Assembly: GCA_017480325.1 (NCBI GenBank)
Contig: JAFVAY010000014.1
Span: 2,498 to 66,497, forward strand
DNA length: 64,000 nt
Reading direction: 5' to 3'
Source: Clostridiales bacterium
GTDB taxonomy: Bacteria; Bacillota; Clostridia; Saccharofermentanales; Saccharofermentanaceae
Shown: positions 53,101 to 60,938 of the stretch, piece by piece
How positions within the stretch are numbered: the first letter of the stretch is position 1
Layout: each line of letters opens with the position of its first letter
The notes under the pieces: generated by a model
Databases searched by the model: none
The model's input: only the letters and a program-made list of their open reading frames with translations
Told to the model about the DNA's origin: nothing
Made by a program: the position numbers and the translations under genes

Positions 53101-56100
53101 GACATTATAAGAACCTTTAATGCCTGAATTAGACGTAACATCACCAGTGGCAACTGATACTTGAATGCGACCTTCAAATACATTAGAAGAAGCATAAACT
53201 CCACCTATAGCACCACCTACATCATTTCCTGAGCCTGTAATATGTGATTCGGGTCTTAAAACAACTGAAACATCCGTAAGCATAGCAATATTGGAAAGAC
53301 CTGACTCACGAATCCTTTCTACTGTATATGCTTCATCTACATTACAGGAACGCATCTGTCCGATTGCACCACCAACAGAAGAACCACCATCAACATTAAC
53401 AATTAACCTGTCTCCAGACAATTGTGTAGGAGCTTTGATTTCGCTACTCAAAGGTCTTTTGCTTGATCTGAAAATACCTATTAAACCACCTACACCAAAA
53501 TCAGAAGAACCTGTTCCGCCTGTAACATTAAGACATAGGTTATCCGAGTTATCTCCCCGTAACCAAATTGTTCCTCGATTTACGCCATAATTGTATTCAT
53601 AATTGTAGCGATCAGTTCCAGGCACTAGTTCGTTCTCTTCATCAGAAGGATCTATAATCGTGCCAACAGGATCCCATCTATTAACATCTCCGCAGACCCC
53701 ACCTACGAAAGATCCCGTTCCGGTTACTTTTAATATATTTCCGGAATCATCATCTACAGATCTTACCCATGTAATAGTCTTACCGTCATTACTGTAGTTT
53801 TGAAGAGTGCCTGCAGTACCGCCAACATAGTTCTCTCCAGAAATAACCGTACCGTTGGTTAATACAGCCTGAACGGTTCCTGATTGTCTGTTGCGAAGAC
53901 ACCCTATATTACCACCTATAAAATCTCCAGTACCGGTTATTTTAGCATTGTCGTTTACAGCATAAATTTTACAACCTCTACTAATGGTAGGCCCGGTTCC
54001 AATTGCACCACCAACTCTATAAACACCACTGATCATGCTATGATTCTCAACATAGATTAATGTGTTACCCGACAATGCAGTTTCTGCGCCACTCTTGTGG
54101 CGCGCCATAGCACCGATAGCTCCTCCAGTCCCATCCTGCGTTGAAGCAGAATCGGAAGTAAATCCACGAATACTAGAACTACTTTCATTTATGACTCTTA
54201 TTAAGAAAGTTGACTGTACTTTCTCTCCGGCAGAACCAATAGCACCTCCGACCCCGCGATAGTCCCATCCGCCTTGTGCAAAGATAGAGCCTCTGTTATT
54301 TACACTGACAGCTATTGTTATAGATGAATTAGAGTCAGAAATAAAGCCAATCGCTCCACCTGAAGACCTAGGCAATTGTACAGTTCCAGACTCAAGTTGA
54401 TTTACCCTGTTTGAGCCAATTAAAGATGTTTGATTATTCTCTACATCAATAAAAATACTTGTAATACTACAACTTTCCTCTTTGCCAATAGCGCCGCCAC
54501 AAGTTGAATCTTTAGATGCTGAACATACTACTCCAATGATTCCATTGTTTTGCACATGGATACTTAGGCTATTTCCACTACATCCTTTCATATAGCCGAT
54601 GGCACCACCAGCATTTATATAATTGTTATCTCCTTCTTTATTCAATATCAAAGAGTTAATAGGGAGGTTAACATCTATCTGATAGTAATGTCTGTTCTCG
54701 TTATTACGTTGGATAAAAGAAAACAATCCATTATCATTTGTACTTATCACCTCATTAGCGCTAAACGGACTATCTACATTGTAAGTAAATGATCCGCCCT
54801 CCAAACAGCCTATAGCGCCACCTACGTCATTTCTACCATATATGACGCACGAAAGACGGTTACCGTCAAGGTGAGTGACAGCAGGAAGAGTAAACTCTGA
54901 AGAATTGTCTTCTTTTCCATTTATTACTAATCTAGCTCCTATCGGGGCCCCACTATTCCATCCTATGATTCCGCCAATATAATTTCTTCCTACAATTGCA
55001 AAACTACCTGTTACTTCGATAACTCCATAGGTGGATTCTCGATGTGTTGATTCATTAGAAACAACGCCCACATTCTTTCCGATAACTCCACCAACCCCAT
55101 TTGAATAATTACCTATTCTCCAATAGTGACTTGCCATTACAACACAGTTACTCATTCTAACTGTGTTACTGCCTTCATCAACTATATTGGAAGAACCTGT
55201 ACTATTCGGGTTTAAGCCAACTACGCCCTGGTTTAACCCTACCAAACCACCTACAGGTACATTATTTTCTGTTCGTCCATCTTCCAATTCTAACGTGATA
55301 GTAGTATCTGTCGGAGAAATGTAGTTTTCTCCATTAATATCATTTCCCCCAGAATAATCACATGCTATTCCATCTGTACTCTTTTCATTCATTACTAGAT
55401 TGAGATTATTGGTGTAAATGTTGTATATATTGCCCGAATTAAGACAAACTAGACCAAACGCAGAATCTCTTGACTTATTGAACGAGGCTGCTCTCAACTG
55501 AACGCTATTAATTACCGAGTTTTCAACTTCGCCGGATGGAGTGCTGTGAGGCATAGAGGATAAAATCTCGTTTGAAGTAAGTTCGCCAAGGGCGGGGAAA
55601 GAAACTATCTTCGGATCACCACCCTCTACAGGAGAGTGATAGCGATAATTGATACGGTTAATAGCCGGGTACGAAGAACTATATACTCTTACATCGCTCA
55701 AGTTATATGTTTCAGAATGTTCATAGTAATACCAATTAAGATCGCGAACTATATAGAAATGATACTTGTTATCTGTATCATTAATCATTCTTATATTCGA
55801 CAGATGTCTAAAGGAAGTTACAACAGCATAGTAACTTCCATCATTACTCTCACGGAAACCGCTTACCGGATCGGAATTAAGACCATCATCACTATGATTA
55901 AGATCGCCAAACATCGTATTTACTACACAACGAGTCGAAGTCTCAAGATTAGAGGCCTTTCCATATGTTGAATTATAACTGTAGCAAGGACGATTTACAG
56001 TATCAAAAGGCTGATAATCTGTGCCAATAAAATGAATCGGATCATCTATTGCTCTTGTAGCATCGTATGTATTGCTTCCCCAACTTAAGGTTGCATATAT

Positions 56101-57345
56101 ATTCAAAGGGGAATCGTCGAAGAGCCTTCCCGAGTTATACTTAACTCCCGTACCGGAGTAATCTGCCCTAGTCATCATACAGTCTAAGGAGATAGTATAG
56201 GTGGTATAATGCGTTCCCGGCTCTAATCCTATAAACGATGTAATTGATCCTCTTTTATCGCCATAAACCTCAGTCACGGTAATAGGAAACTTATAGTCAG
56301 CTCCATCGACATTAAGGCTTACTATTCCTTCTTTTGCCCTCTTGGTTATGTAATAAGGAACCCCATCCACATAGATATACTCATATGTAACTACTTCTGA
56401 AGAGGTAGCAGCATTCCTCAAAGCTGTCTCGTTAACATTTAAAGTAACAAGTGGCGTGCTTCCATCTCCTGAGGCATCATAGAAATTTATAGTTGGATTA
56501 TCGTGTTCATCAAAAATAACCCATGTAACATCAAGAGTTTCTCCATTACGAAGGGTAAAATCGCACGGAGGATTACTTTCATTCTCCGTCGGGAGTACTA
56601 CCGGCCCGACAACGGAATTCTCTGTCCCATCAAAGAATCCGATGTAAGTAACATTACGACGGCATTCGTAATTCGTACAAGGAAGATTATTCCATGGCTC
56701 TTCCGTAGAATGAGAATGATCTGATACACAACCGTCACTTGACAGATACTGAGAATTCCAACCCGTTTCGCTCGCATCGACGTTCTGCTTGCTGTAGAAT
56801 GCTGCGTTTACATTAGCGTAATAGACTATACCTGAACCATCTGAATTAAGAGTCGCGCTAACATCGAACACAACGGTCATTGTTCCGCCGAATATCGTTC
56901 TGTCATAGAAATATGTTGACAGAAGATCGTAAAGAGCATTTCCCGTCGTATTGCCCTGATAATATGTCAACGCAACAAGCTTGTGATATGAGTCATTAGG
57001 ATTGTTAAGCGTGTTGGCATTCGGAGTACTAAGACTAACCATAAGCTCGTTCTCTTTTGGAAACAAGCCGGTATCACAGAAGTTCTCCTCAACCCACTCA
57101 TCTATCATGCCGTTGTCCACCATCTGAGATATGGCGGTCTGGGCGGTCTGATATACGGTTATGGCGTTCTGCTCGTTCTCGTCATAGCGTGAGCGATTGA
57201 TATAGCCGATGGTACTGGCAACACCAATCGCCGCAAGGATAGCAAGGATCGTGAGGACGACTATTAATTCGACCAAAGTAAAGCCGCGACGCGAACGATT
57301 GGCGCCCCTGGCACGTGTCTCTGATTCATTACGAACAAGCCTCAT
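47137..57345 (-). CDS. Giant (~3400 aa) prepilin-type adhesin with GLUG/beta-helix repeats and C-terminal Ig-like and InlB B-repeat-like domains
   Basis: Class III signal RRG/FTLVELIVVLTILAILAAIGV; dozens of G..NVGGxIGxN repeats; YxNNTNAGTA-type Ig-like repeats; RDGYxFxGW B-repeats; ATG 57345 after AGGAGA. Confidence 0.9.
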   Translation of the reverse strand: MRLVRNESETRARGANRSRRGFTLVELIVVLTILAILAAIGVASTIGYINRSRYDENEQNAITVYQTAQTAISQMVDNGMIDEWVEENFCDTGLFPKENELMVSLSTPNANTLNNPNDSYHKLVALTYYQGNTTGNALYDLLSTYFYDRTIFGGTMTVVFDVSATLNSDGSGIVYYANVNAAFYSKQNVDASETGWNSQYLSSDGCVSDHSHSTEEPWNNLPCTNYECRRNVTYIGFFDGTENSVVGPVVLPTENESNPPCDFTLRNGETLDVTWVIFDEHDNPTINFYDASGDGSTPLVTLNVNETALRNAATSSEVVTYEYIYVDGVPYYITKRAKEGIVSLNVDGADYKFPITVTEVYGDKRGSITSFIGLEPGTHYTTYTISLDCMMTRADYSGTGVKYNSGRLFDDSPLNIYATLSWGSNTYDATRAIDDPIHFIGTDYQPFDTVNRPCYSYNSTYGKASNLETSTRCVVNTMFGDLNHSDDGLNSDPVSGFRESNDGSYYAVVTSFRHLSNIRMINDTDNKYHFYIVRDLNWYYYEHSETYNLSDVRVYSSSYPAINRINYRYHSPVEGGDPKIVSFPALGELTSNEILSSMPHSTPSGEVENSVINSVQLRAASFNKSRDSAFGLVCLNSGNIYNIYTNNLNLVMNEKSTDGIACDYSGGNDINGENYISPTDTTITLELEDGRTENNVPVGGLVGLNQGVVGLNPNSTGSSNIVDEGSNTVRMSNCVVMASHYWRIGNYSNGVGGVIGKNVGVVSNESTHRESTYGVIEVTGSFAIVGRNYIGGIIGWNSGAPIGARLVINGKEDNSSEFTLPAVTHLDGNRLSCVIYGRNDVGGAIGCLEGGSFTYNVDSPFSANEVISTNDNGLFSFIQRNNENRHYYQIDVNLPINSLILNKEGDNNYINAGGAIGYMKGCSGNSLSIHVQNNGIIGVVCSASKDSTCGGAIGKEESCSITSIFIDVENNQTSLIGSNRVNQLESGTVQLPRSSGGAIGFISDSNSSITIAVSVNNRGSIFAQGGWDYRGVGGAIGSAGEKVQSTFLIRVINESSSSIRGFTSDSASTQDGTGGAIGAMARHKSGAETALSGNTLIYVENHSMISGVYRVGGAIGTGPTISRGCKIYAVNDNAKITGTGDFIGGNIGCLRNRQSGTVQAVLTNGTVISGENYVGGTAGTLQNYSNDGKTITWVRSVDDDSGNILKVTGTGSFVGGVCGDVNRWDPVGTIIDPSDEENELVPGTDRYNYEYNYGVNRGTIWLRGDNSDNLCLNVTGGTGSSDFGVGGLIGIFRSSKRPLSSEIKAPTQLSGDRLIVNVDGGSSVGGAIGQMRSCNVDEAYTVERIRESGLSNIAMLTDVSVVLRPESHITGSGNDVGGAIGGVYASSNVFEGRIQVSVATGDVTSNSGIKGSYNVGGAVGHFNNIYPVNNNNNSNNSSVAVNFTGAEYSITSTISSGDANTGGVIGLIDGTTTQTYYVPSITADMGSTSINAEGDNVGGAIGKVALKNGSRVLFNNQITVSSSGEIQGYSNVGGAIGYNDSYLGNNNTSNFITTTINNDCSVVGNGSNVGGVIGYNNGIVNGKVSSTISGSVNGTGNVGGIIGTNNAVVYGQTVLTINGTGSVNGIGENSGDNVGGVIGDNKSTINSIQYTFKASGKITGRHSVGGVIGYNESSGTLNTALTITVDGRIEATGSNVGGVIGNSEGVVNGNLTITINGYIEGKENTGGVIGRNNKTIDYELTSTIKGNGISGTSQNVGGVIGLNCVPINKQIKTTVNALINGGSNVGGAIGKNENSVSVISVTMNGGDRIKGNNSVGGMIGNNSGTLTSDLSITVVGNIIGAGNDVGGVIGTNTGSIGVSLAANITNGRVEGGENNVGGAIGRNNGSVATIAVTTSNSGEKIKGKNSVGGLIGLNDNDGTLTTDLSITITTTIKGTGNDVGGVIGTNNGSISVGLTAIINGKVEGGDSNVGGAIGRNDRNGSINAVITVTMGNNDRIVGKNSVGGMIGCNDGALNTPLAITITGNIKGNNGSDVGGVIGTNNGTISVDLTAVITTTGKVIGANNTDNVGGAVGRNNGSVSNITVTMSSGERISGRNSVGGMIGYNNGTLEHSLNITIDGTIKGSGSGTGGIIGTNNGTINDSLTATIVGTVQGGNTVGGAIGQNTKSIGSTVTIATTINGTVTGGTDIGGVIGMSTASVSNMTVSLVSSGMVKGSQAVGGIIGNNAGTLSYPLDVTIYGTIYATSINAGGVIGINNGTIDKDITATINGTVKGGQNAGGIMGRNSMSIGDSVSLTSNVNGTIQGSRRIGGAVGNNEGQINGNITVVLNNATISGTEQNIGGAIGNNNAEVYGLFVTIDNDSSISGVNNVGGVIGLNDNGSINGNIIFEVHGTINGSGNGIGGVIGRNNGNIFGEINATVIGSVVGHENVGGVIGYINNKDKVTNSVSAILTDTGKVHGNSNAQSIGGVIGRIDNGTVNHIYIMLGGSIDGEDNSQYLGGAIGRISGGTVNDGLILEYSDYGINGYSGVGGAIGYMSGGTVNDGITETFENSYVTGHERVGGAIGYMSGGTLSGGINLEFNNGTYIGDVWGNSDEYDCIDVGGAIGHLQGGTIKNGIIRVVIDETSMVFAGGVNTDDSVACGVGGAFGRVGTSSNSPSINTGVTSNTEPYVSVYCDHSHVAVCSLSSPVGGIVGRMMRGTITRSYSTAIVSGSDYVGGFVGRMDGGSITSSYSSGHTINGGSYDPDNANITGNNYVGGFAGFIGADVSELKECYSTASVRGNNYIGGFVGCVSNNKANVFKKAYCTGLVSINTDPNVDQWCGAFAGYIEGDNAINLFQDNPSVNTIHSPNDGNKVLRDSNPSMNRVGNISDADIPDSRLCWSEFSLREWGGHYIRVQRQSSYNAVPFDSELAQYANNFPYRTYISYPLNDGTQSYFGEHIGDWPIYETADVITVLNNDNTAVTSSIQSVNFRYGESNGFTLPITSFTVIYIDPDTGVSTTLTQYDYRVMYSDNTHAGTASYRVVGSVTGGYSGEVTNSDQTFQINPVNLENDYQDGIITITINNVDDIYYTGEVIEPTFTATYYNSSTKKNVNIPLTDFDVTYENNTNAGTGYIVITGIHDCTGTIRIPFVIKPAAITADMVSLILPEDSDVAVYPYTSPAVTPGVTVTFNNTTLVVVDDYTLEYHDNGAAGSAYIDVIGTGNFATDPESPIRLTFEIRYTATFSYDEGSSSTVMADSNGLITAPVPLPRDGYRFDGWSETQGGTIPFEFTSTELTGNINLYPIWWQPTVTFDFANGDEAYSTFVAIGQTVASPADPSRDGYTFNGWATSDGTQYDPLATVEDDITYIAQWTLIEVVDPDPEDDGNGGDTDNETGGGEQQPTDALPASDESTPDPSTEPDNTTD

Positions 57346-57421
57346 TCTCCTGCTCCCTTCCCGTTTCCCGGTGAAAAAGACATCTCTCCACACTAGGTCA
57401 CAATACTCTATTTTTAAATAA

Positions 57422-57490
57422 ACTATAGACGCGGTCGGTTGAAGAGTCAAATAAACTTCTTGTTAAAATCATGTCCAAATTATTACATAG
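57422..57490 (-). promoter_or_regulatory. Sigma-A promoter of the giant pilin gene with conserved upstream element
   Basis: TTGACT-N17-TATAGT; paralogous to 43413-43481. Confidence 0.75.
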
Positions 57491-57569
57491 CAGGCCTTAG
57501 AAGCTCTTTGTAATAATCTGTTAACCGACTTATAACCGTGCCGTCACCAAGCTTAATTACAATTAACGT

Positions 57570-58700
57570 ATGGGGTTTATGGAGGGACATACGATTCTTA
57601 AGAAAGTACTGGCAATCGTGCTGGCAGTCGTAATCCTGATTGCTGCCGGTGTTGTTGTGTTCTTAAGTAAACGCCACAGTGAATCTACCATGCAGGTCTT
57701 AAGAGCCGAGGGCACAATCATCCTCGAGGATGAAGACGGTATAAGCCGATATGTAAGCGGCGGCAGAAGATTCGGAAGCGGAAATTTCCTTGTTACCGGA
57801 GCCGACAGTCTGGCCTCGGTAGCTCTTGATAATTATAAAACTGTAACCTTAGACAGCAGTAGCAGAGTTCATTTCACCAAGTCTCATAATCTGACCGAGC
57901 TTGATATCTCCGAGGGAGGAATCTTCTTCGAGGTAGATCGCACTATGGCAAATGACGAGGTCTTCAGGATCAAGTCCGGCGATCTTTCCATAGATATCAG
58001 AGAAACCTCCGGCTACGTATGTATCAACGAAGACGGTTCTGTCAGCCTGACACTGACTACAGGACGCGCCCACGCCTATGTGTCCGGAATCGGGGATGCG
58101 AAGGGCTACGATATTCAATCCGGACAGAGGGCAACCTTCAAGCTTACCGGAAGTAACGTCGAATATACTGTCGAGAATATAAGCGAGAGTGATCTTAACC
58201 TTTTCGTGCTGGAGTACCTCGTAGACAGATGGGAGCTTCGCGACAGCATCTGCAAGCAGAACGGCTGGAGTGACGAGATCCTCCTGAGCCTCGCGGGGAT
58301 CGATATCTCAGAGCTGGAGATTATTCCCGAGGAGACAGAAGAGACTGAGCCCGAGGCTACAGCGACGCCTACTCCGAGGCCGACCTCCACGCCCACTCCG
58401 ACACCTACGCCGACTCCCGTACCCGTTCAGGCTCCGGCAAATCCCGTCCCTGCGGCAGAGCCCGTGGTAGAGCAGACTCCGGCCGAGACACCCGCAGAGA
58501 CTACGGCTGAGACTCAGGCGGAGACGCCTGTCGAGAATCCCGAGACACCTGCCGAGACGCCCGCGGAACAGCCTCAAGAGCAGCCGCAGGAGCAACCGGC
58601 CGAACAGCCTCAGGAGCAGCAGCCCGAACAGACCGAAGCCCCTGTCGAACAACCGCAGGAGCAGCCTCAAGAACAACCACAAGAGCAGCCGGCTGAATAA
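57570..58700 (+). CDS. Membrane-anchored FecR-like domain protein with Pro/Thr/Glu/Gln-rich tail
   Basis: N-terminal TM; VTGADSLASVAL..LDSSS FecR-like motif; PTPT, ETPA and QPQE repeats. Confidence 0.75.
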   Translation: MGFMEGHTILKKVLAIVLAVVILIAAGVVVFLSKRHSESTMQVLRAEGTIILEDEDGISRYVSGGRRFGSGNFLVTGADSLASVALDNYKTVTLDSSSRVHFTKSHNLTELDISEGGIFFEVDRTMANDEVFRIKSGDLSIDIRETSGYVCINEDGSVSLTLTTGRAHAYVSGIGDAKGYDIQSGQRATFKLTGSNVEYTVENISESDLNLFVLEYLVDRWELRDSICKQNGWSDEILLSLAGIDISELEIIPEETEETEPEATATPTPRPTSTPTPTPTPTPVPVQAPANPVPAAEPVVEQTPAETPAETTAETQAETPVENPETPAETPAEQPQEQPQEQPAEQPQEQQPEQTEAPVEQPQEQPQEQPQEQPAE

Positions 58701-58721
58701 AATCCAACGTTAATCGAGAAC

Positions 58722-58832
58722 TCTGCCACCAAGTCTGCCAAATCTTAAGAAAAGGCACACTGATTGGCAAAATCTAGCATTATTTGCCATAAAGTCTGCC
58801 ATATGCTCGGTTTTGACACATTCCGTGGCAGA
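58722..58832. repeat. Intergenic duplicated palindromic unit, TYTGCCA-N5-TCTGCCA-N12-WGRCACA-N5-TGGCARA, x2 at 61-bp period
   Basis: Heptamers start at 58722, 58734, 58753, 58765 and at 58783, 58795, 58814, 58826. Confidence 0.85.
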
Positions 58833-58867
58833 CTGCGGGGAGTAACCTCACATCTCCGGAATAAATC

Positions 58868-59461
58868 CTACGCGTTAATATCCTCGTCGCCGCTTACGGG
58901 CTTGGCGTCATTCACGACAGCCTCGGGTCTCGCCTTAAGCGCCGGCAGATTCCAGATTCCGCCTATCGCCTCGATCACCATGGTGATTCCAATGATTATC
59001 ATCGCTGTCTTGACGGCCGAGAACGGATTCAGGATCGTGATCACGCCCATCGCCAGCGCCGCGATCCCCACCAGAAGCGAGATCCACCACAGGCGTCTAA
59101 CGTATCTGATGATGAAGATCGACTGGAAGATATGGTCGATGCCGATAACGATAATGACGATTCCGAAGAGAATATTAAAGAAATTAAGCATCGTGTCGGG
59201 CTTGATAATAAGAAACACGCCGAGCACGGTCAGAACGACGCCGGTAAGCACCGCGGGAACATCTGTATACCCCTTACGCTTCCCCAGAGCGAAAAGCACC
59301 AGCTCGAAGACACCCGTCGCCGTAAGGATCCCTGCCACAACCCTGGCGAGGACCGTCGCGGCCTGCTCAGGCCAGACAATAAAGGCAATACCTACCGCCA
59401 GAAGGATAAGGCTTGCCACCAGCATACTGTTACGGATCGACTTGATTCTATCGGGACTCAT
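58868..59461 (-). CDS. HdeD/DUF308 family membrane protein
   Basis: Six TM in repeated G...I.P units. Confidence 0.82.
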   Translation of the reverse strand: MSPDRIKSIRNSMLVASLILLAVGIAFIVWPEQAATVLARVVAGILTATGVFELVLFALGKRKGYTDVPAVLTGVVLTVLGVFLIIKPDTMLNFFNILFGIVIIVIGIDHIFQSIFIIRYVRRLWWISLLVGIAALAMGVITILNPFSAVKTAMIIIGITMVIEAIGGIWNLPALKARPEAVVNDAKPVSGDEDINA

Positions 59462-59549
59462 ATCGCACCTCCGGGAAACTCAATTCTACTTTTTGTAACA
59501 TACACGGCGCTTTTGTTCAAGGCGTACGCGGAGTAATCGAGCGAGCAAC

Positions 59550-60938
59550 CTATCTCACGAGATTTTTGGCCCACACACCGCTTCTGACCATGATCCAACC
59601 GGTGAAGCACTTAATAAGCTCCAGCCACTGAACCGTGAACATCATCAGAGGCACTCCGACTGAGGTAAAGCGGCTTAAGCAGTACGCTACCGGCACAACT
59701 ATCAGCCATGTATAGCCGCAGTCGAACACGAAGGTGATGAGCGTGTTTCCGCCTGCTCTGATTATGAAGTAGGATGCGTGAGTATAAGACATTAACGGCA
59801 TTACGATACCCGACAGAAGGATCAGAGTCGTGGCAAGGGACCTTACCTCATCAGAGACGTTATAGAACGGAAGATTAGGGAAGATCGGCGCCAGCACTGC
59901 CATCAGAAGCCCGAAGATCACCCCGCAGAACACGGTAAAGTCTCTTATCTTGATGGCGTGATCCTTGGCTTTCGCGATGTCTCCTGTACCGAGTATCTGC
60001 CCCACGATTATGCCCACGGACTCGCCCATGGCAACGAAAGACACACTCATCAGATTCCAAAGCGTGCTCTCGATATTTACGGCCGCCACCGCACTCAGGC
60101 TTCTGTAGGAATAGCACTGGTTAAGGACTGTCATTCCGAGCGACCATAAAGTCTCGTTGGCCATGAGCGGGATCGACTTAAGAATAAATTTCCAACACAG
60201 ACTTAAGGGGAGCCTGAAGCCTCTGAAAGCCCCCACAATAAAGCCGTGAACGGAAGCATGCGTCCCCGTGTAGATCACAAGCACCATAAGCTCCACTACG
60301 CGAGCGATCACCGTCGCAGCCGCAGCTCCGTTGGCACCCATGGCAGGCAGCCCGAACAGACCGTAGATCAGAACCGCATCTCCTATGAGGTTTACTAAGA
60401 TCGCCACCATAGACGCTGCCATAGGGACCTTGGTGTGCCCTGTGTCGCGAAGCGTTCCGGAATATGCCATGCTAAGCCCGATAGGCACGAGGCTTAAGAG
60501 AATAATCTTGATGTAGTCGACGCCGATCTTCAGGGTCTGCGCAGCATCCTCGGGAGCCCCTTCACCCTGCAGGAAAAGCGATATAAGCCTCGGGGCAAGC
60601 ATGATAAAAACGACCACGCTCACCAATGCCAGCGCCGTGTTAGCGATAAGCTTGAACCTGAAGGTATCGCGAACACCCTCCACATCCCCTTTGCCGTAGT
60701 ACTGAGCGGTGAATATCCCGACCCCGGCAGTGGCGCCGAAGATCAAAAGATAGTACACGAAGACCAGCTGGTTGGCGATAGCCACCCCGGACAGTGCATT
60801 GGTCCCGACGCGCCCGATCATGAAGTTATCCACAAGGCTAACGAGATTCGACAGGCCGTTCTGAATCATCATCGGCACCGCGACGCTTAAGACCATCTTA
60901 TAGAAGCTTTTGCTGCCTAGTCTATTTCTCAAGTTCAT
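59550..60938 (-). CDS. MATE family efflux transporter
   Basis: VDNFMIG, AQYYG and GANGAAAATVIAR motifs; about 12 TM. Confidence 0.93.
   Translation of the reverse strand: MNLRNRLGSKSFYKMVLSVAVPMMIQNGLSNLVSLVDNFMIGRVGTNALSGVAIANQLVFVYYLLIFGATAGVGIFTAQYYGKGDVEGVRDTFRFKLIANTALALVSVVVFIMLAPRLISLFLQGEGAPEDAAQTLKIGVDYIKIILLSLVPIGLSMAYSGTLRDTGHTKVPMAASMVAILVNLIGDAVLIYGLFGLPAMGANGAAAATVIARVVELMVLVIYTGTHASVHGFIVGAFRGFRLPLSLCWKFILKSIPLMANETLWSLGMTVLNQCYSYRSLSAVAAVNIESTLWNLMSVSFVAMGESVGIIVGQILGTGDIAKAKDHAIKIRDFTVFCGVIFGLLMAVLAPIFPNLPFYNVSDEVRSLATTLILLSGIVMPLMSYTHASYFIIRAGGNTLITFVFDCGYTWLIVVPVAYCLSRFTSVGVPLMMFTVQWLELIKCFTGWIMVRSGVWAKNLVR

Noticed and set aside
58360-58695. Tandem 6-12 bp repeats at the end of the FecR-like gene as a separate DNA element
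   Set aside because: They are in-frame coding low-complexity repeats (PT, ETPA, QPQE) with synonymous variation.
58764-59498. 244-aa + strand ORF
   Set aside because: Antisense to the HdeD/DUF308 gene.
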